This document shows, in pieces, positions 60,301-64,000 of a stretch of DNA of 64,000 bases (position 1 is the stretch's first letter; each line of letters opens with the position of its first letter). The notes beneath the pieces are model-generated. The model was not told where the DNA came from. It worked only from the letters and a program-made list of their open reading frames with translations, and did not search any database. This DNA is from Zootoca vivipara (Eukaryota). The stretch covers positions 32,736,001 through 32,800,000 of the forward strand of contig NC_083288.1 in NCBI RefSeq assembly GCF_963506605.1, given 5' to 3'. The position numbers were made by a program, and so were the translations under genes.

Positions 60301-63241
60301 GTACCGTAAAATGCTCAACATTGTCAAGAGGCAGAGCACCATAAGTGTACTACAATAGTCCTTAATTTGCATAAATACTGTGTCCCCAATTCTTTCCCAT
60401 CCTATGGTATATAATATATATTGCTTTAATAACCCTTCTTCCTTTCAGTCCTTAAATTCCTGGATGGTTTCCCAATTACTGTTTGATTCCCTCGATTCGT
60501 CAAGTCCACCCAGCTGGTCGTGCCCTCCAGATGTTGTTGGACTACAATTCCCGCCATCCCAGAACACTTTCTACGCTGACTGGGGCTAATGGCAGTTTTA
60601 GTGAAAGCCCTGCTCTAGAATTGTGATGGGGACTTGGGTGGCACTGTTGTCTAAACAACTGAGCCTAGGGCTTGCAGATGGGAAGGTCGGGACTTCAAAT
60701 TCCCATGACGGGGTGAGCTCCCATTGCTCGGTCCCAGCTCCTGCCAACTTAGCCGTTCGAAAGCACGCCAAAAAGGGCAAGTAGATGAATAGGTACCAGT
60801 CCAGTGGGAAGGTAAATGGCGTTTCATGTGCTGTTCTGGTCTCGGTGTTCCATTGCGTGGACAGGCGGAGTCCCCCAAACCCGCAGGCGACCCCCCCCCC
60901 CAGCGGAATAAATACACGAGACAATGTGCTATGGGGTTCAAATTGGCCACAACTTTAATCAAATTCAGATGTAGGGAGACCTTGGCTTCAGGCATTGGGC
61001 ATTATCCTTCCCAGTCCCCAGCTGGGGTTCTGGGAGGCCTTGGGGTCATTCACATGTATGGGGGTTGGGGCTGGCTCTGGAGAATATATGTTCAAGCAGA
61101 GCGAGCCAGCCCCCTGTTCGCCGCCGCTGGTAGGGGGAAGTGATGACACCTATTGGCATGGTCAAGGCTTCCCCCAATACCCCAATCTTGTCGCCGCAAG
61201 GGGGTGAGCTCTCCGCCTCACGCCCCTCCCTCTAGGAAAATCGCCAAAGAATTCCGCCCAAGGCCTGACCCGCCCCGCCGAGTTGTGACGTATTGCTACG
61301 GGAAAGGTGAAACCTGCCAATGCAGGGAAATTCCTTTCCGACCCTTCAACAGCGGCCTTGACATAGCAGCGCCTGAGAACCTGTAGAGAAAAGGTTAGCC
61401 TGCAAAGGAAATTGAACAAGGGTGTGGAGGGTGGGAGAAGCTCTGGAACCAACTGGTGCTTGGAGGTAAGATTCAAATGCTATTGTCCGAGCCAGTTTGT
61501 CCCTCCCCTTACCTGGCCATCCCCTGGCAACACCTCCCCAGGCAGGATTGGATGCCAGACTTGGGTAGGCAGAGACCCCTGGCATCCTACCTGGGAAGGC
61601 GGTGCCAGTCCTGAACTTTCAGGAAGACACCCTCTAGGATCAGGGGGCTACGTGCGTCCATGCAAAAGGCACCCCCCCCATTGATGTGCAGAGCAGTCAT
61701 TGTGCCACAAATGACTTAGTCATGCTGGCCACAGTACCCGGAAAAAACTGTCTGCGGACAAACGTTGGCTCCCTTGGCCAGGAAAACAAGATGAGTGCTG
61801 CAACCCCAGAGTCGTTCACGACTGGACTTAACTGTCAGGGGTCCTTTACCTTTATATTTTGTTATAGGTAGAAATTCTGTTATGAATTTGGTGCCTATAA
61901 TTCATTCTGTTGAATAATTCATGCTGATCCAGGCCTTCTGGAAGCAGATATATATGAATATGTATGCCCCTTGAAGTCACATATTATATTTAAAAATAAT
62001 AATACATAGAAACAGAATTTCAGAAACTAAAATGCTTTAAAGTCAATTCATAAGAATTACCCCTGTCTTCTTCATTACCATCTTTATTAAAATTTACTAC
62101 CCTTGGTATAGGTTTCTAAAATGTTTATCTTATTTTGTGTCATATTTTGGACTGCTATATTCCGAGTGGGTGCATATACATGAATAAGCACGGCACTTGA
62201 ATCACATTTTTTTTTAGAAAAAAAAATACTTTCTGGTGTCAGAAGTCAGCTCATTTTCTGAATCAACCCAAACTAAAATGGTGTTGGCCGTATTGACTAT
62301 TAACACTCTCAAAAACATAGAAACAGAAGCTTCAGGATCTAACATGCTTTAAAGTCAATGCATTAGAATTTTCTCCTCCTTTCTGAATTATAAAGAGTGA
62401 GCTTCTTTATCATGAACACTTTCTCATTCAAAAACCATAAACAAGGTACTGTATGACTTTACTATCAACGATCCAACTGCAGTCTTTTCTCAACTCTTCC
62501 CTTTTCTTTCTTCAAACTAGCTGCATAATTTTCTCAGACGTGCCTCTTTCAACAACAGCGTTGGAGACAAGATTTCCTTTAATGAGTATGGGGAGTTAGT
62601 GCCTGGATATGATGTGATCAACTGGATTGTTTCCTCAAACCAATCATTTCATAGAGTGAAGGTTGGAAATGTTGATCCCAACCAAGGGTTGACCATCAAT
62701 GGGGATGGCATAACATGGCCCAACCATTTCCACCAGGTAAGTCTCAATGGTCTGGTTTGGAACTTTTTAGGAAATAGAAAAATTACAATGGATGAATGGG
62801 AAAAAAATATTCCTGTCTATATTAATTGAGAAGTTTTTTGGAGGAAGTATAAAAAGCAAATCTCTTGACTGGTTTATAAATACATGAAATCACAATCTAT
62901 GCCATTAACCAATCTCCATCCTTTCCAGAAGATGATTTCTTAGCAGTCTGTTGTACGATAAGTATCATGTTAATTTAAAAAAGTTGCACTTGCTATCAGC
63001 ATTGGTGCTACATTACTGAAAGGAGGTATCACTTAAGAACACCTCAAGTTGGCTTCAATATTCTAATCTCATGATTCTCAAAATTACTATTCTGGGCTCT
63101 CATGTATGGATTAGTCTCAGCCTCTTTCCTTGTGTACTGAACGGTGCCATCCTGGAACTAGGAAGAAAGTGAAAGAGGGGGAGCCATTTTGCTGTTATGA
63201 TTGCATCCCATGTCCAGAAGGGAAGATTTCAGCTCAGGAGG
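57310..63241 (+). CDS. Vmn2r: Vomeronasal type-2 receptor gene 6, partial (7TM exon 6 outside window); exons 57310-57530, 58914-59205, 59446-60300, 62521-62736, 63115-63241
   Basis: Five exons (221/292/855/216/127 nt) in frame with GT-AG junctions; closest to gene 4. Confidence 0.92.
57577..57821. mobile_element. Tigger-like MITE, same family as 2791-3020
   Basis: CAGTGGTACCTTGGGTT / AACCAGAGGTACCACTG. Confidence 0.85.
58490..58732 (+). mobile_element. Internally deleted L2 3' fragment
   Basis: ACCTGAAGGAGTGTCTCCACCCC..AGAAGACATCTGAAGGCAGCCCTGT..CCAGAGTGGCTGGGGAAAC. Confidence 0.7.
60628..61853 (+). mobile_element. Sauria SINE split by an 842-bp insertion
   Basis: Head 60628-60855; tail 61698-61853 ending GGGGTCCTTTACCTTT. 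Confidence 0.88.
60856..61697 (-). mobile_element. LTR-like insert (solo LTR or DIRS/Ngaro-type end)
   Basis: CATTG duplicated at both junctions; TGCGTGGAC / GTCCATGCA inverted ends; ATTAAA on minus strand; G-run next to the LTR-like start. Confidence 0.6.
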
Positions 63242-63506
63242 GTGAGTATTCTGCACAAACTGTACAATATGAAAGTGAATGGCTTTAGATGGAATTCAGA
63301 GGAATGTGTCTACAAATTAATGACTATATACCGTACCTGGTTTAGCATGTGGTTTAAATTTGTGTTAAGGTGGAGCCTGTAGGTAGCTGCTGAAGAAGAA
63401 ACTGGTTTGTGTCTGTAATTATTTGCTACAGAGTCCCTGTCAGGGGAAAGGTGGGGTATTAAGTACAGTGGCCTCTGTACAGTAGCTATATAATGGGCAG
63501 TACTAG

Positions 63507-64000
63507 CAGGGCCGACGCTTCAATATAGGTGAGCTAGGCGGTCACCTAGAGCGCCAAAATTTAGGGGGAGCTGCGGCCAGCCTGCCTGCCACTACCCGGT
63601 GCTGCCTGGGGCTGCCTCCCGTGTCTGCAGTGGGGCGTGTGTAGCGGTGGCGCCAAAGGCGGGCCGCTTTCCGTCGCGCACTTGCTTCTCGAGCGGGTGG
63701 CGGTGGCGGGCGGGTGGAGCGACAAGCGGGACGCGGCGCTGGGCCGCTGTCTGCTGGTGCTGCTCGGCGGTGGCTCCTCGCCGGAGGAGTCCCCGGAGGA
63801 GTGGCTGCACCTGTCCAGAGCCGCGTGCGGGACGCTGCTGCGCCTCACTTTGCAGAGCCCTTTCGGCGGAGCGGCTGGCGCTGGAGTCACGGAGGAGCGC
63901 GCGCCAAAAGGAGAGCTCAGCGCCCTCCCGCCTATGGAGGGGACCCTGTGAGCTCCTCAGCGCCTGCAACGAGTGAGCGGTAGCGGCGGCAGCGCCCGTA
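63507..64000. mobile_element. Young GC/CpG-rich insertion, probably a hAT non-autonomous element, running off the window edge
   Basis: Abrupt GC shift starting CAGGGCCG..TAGGCGGTCACCTAGAGCGCC; the other end is not visible. Confidence 0.55.

Noticed and set aside
63561-63983. Overlapping ORFs in five frames
   Set aside because: Stop-codon scarcity in GC-rich DNA.

Overview
Vertebrate (squamate) genomic DNA; the Sauria SINE subtype, BovB, Penelope and Tigger-like MITEs point to a lacertid lizard (Podarcis/Lacerta-like; inference). The window is a head-to-tail tandem array of vomeronasal type-2 receptor (V2R, class C GPCR) genes, all on the + strand. Four genes are complete six-exon genes whose exons I joined by hand into open frames with GT-AG junctions (4160-13025, 14638-28108, 31548-42371, 47242-53324). 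One is an internally deleted pseudogene (53982-55578), and one runs off the right edge after exon 5 (57310-63241+). Genes 1-3 and 4-6 form two subgroups. Introns and spacers hold many TEs: Sauria SINEs, L2, RTE-X-like and BovB LINEs, Tigger/Tc2/hAT MITEs, a young Helitron with an internal minisatellite, a Penelope fragment with a minimal hammerhead ribozyme, and a three-level nested insertion. There are three assembly gaps. I see no wholly new gene system. The best leads are a conserved O/E + homeodomain + TATA promoter module at all six V2R starts, an orphan promoter + exon 1 that is phase-compatible with the next gene, gene conversion in the 7TM exon, and loss of the amino-acid-binding signature.
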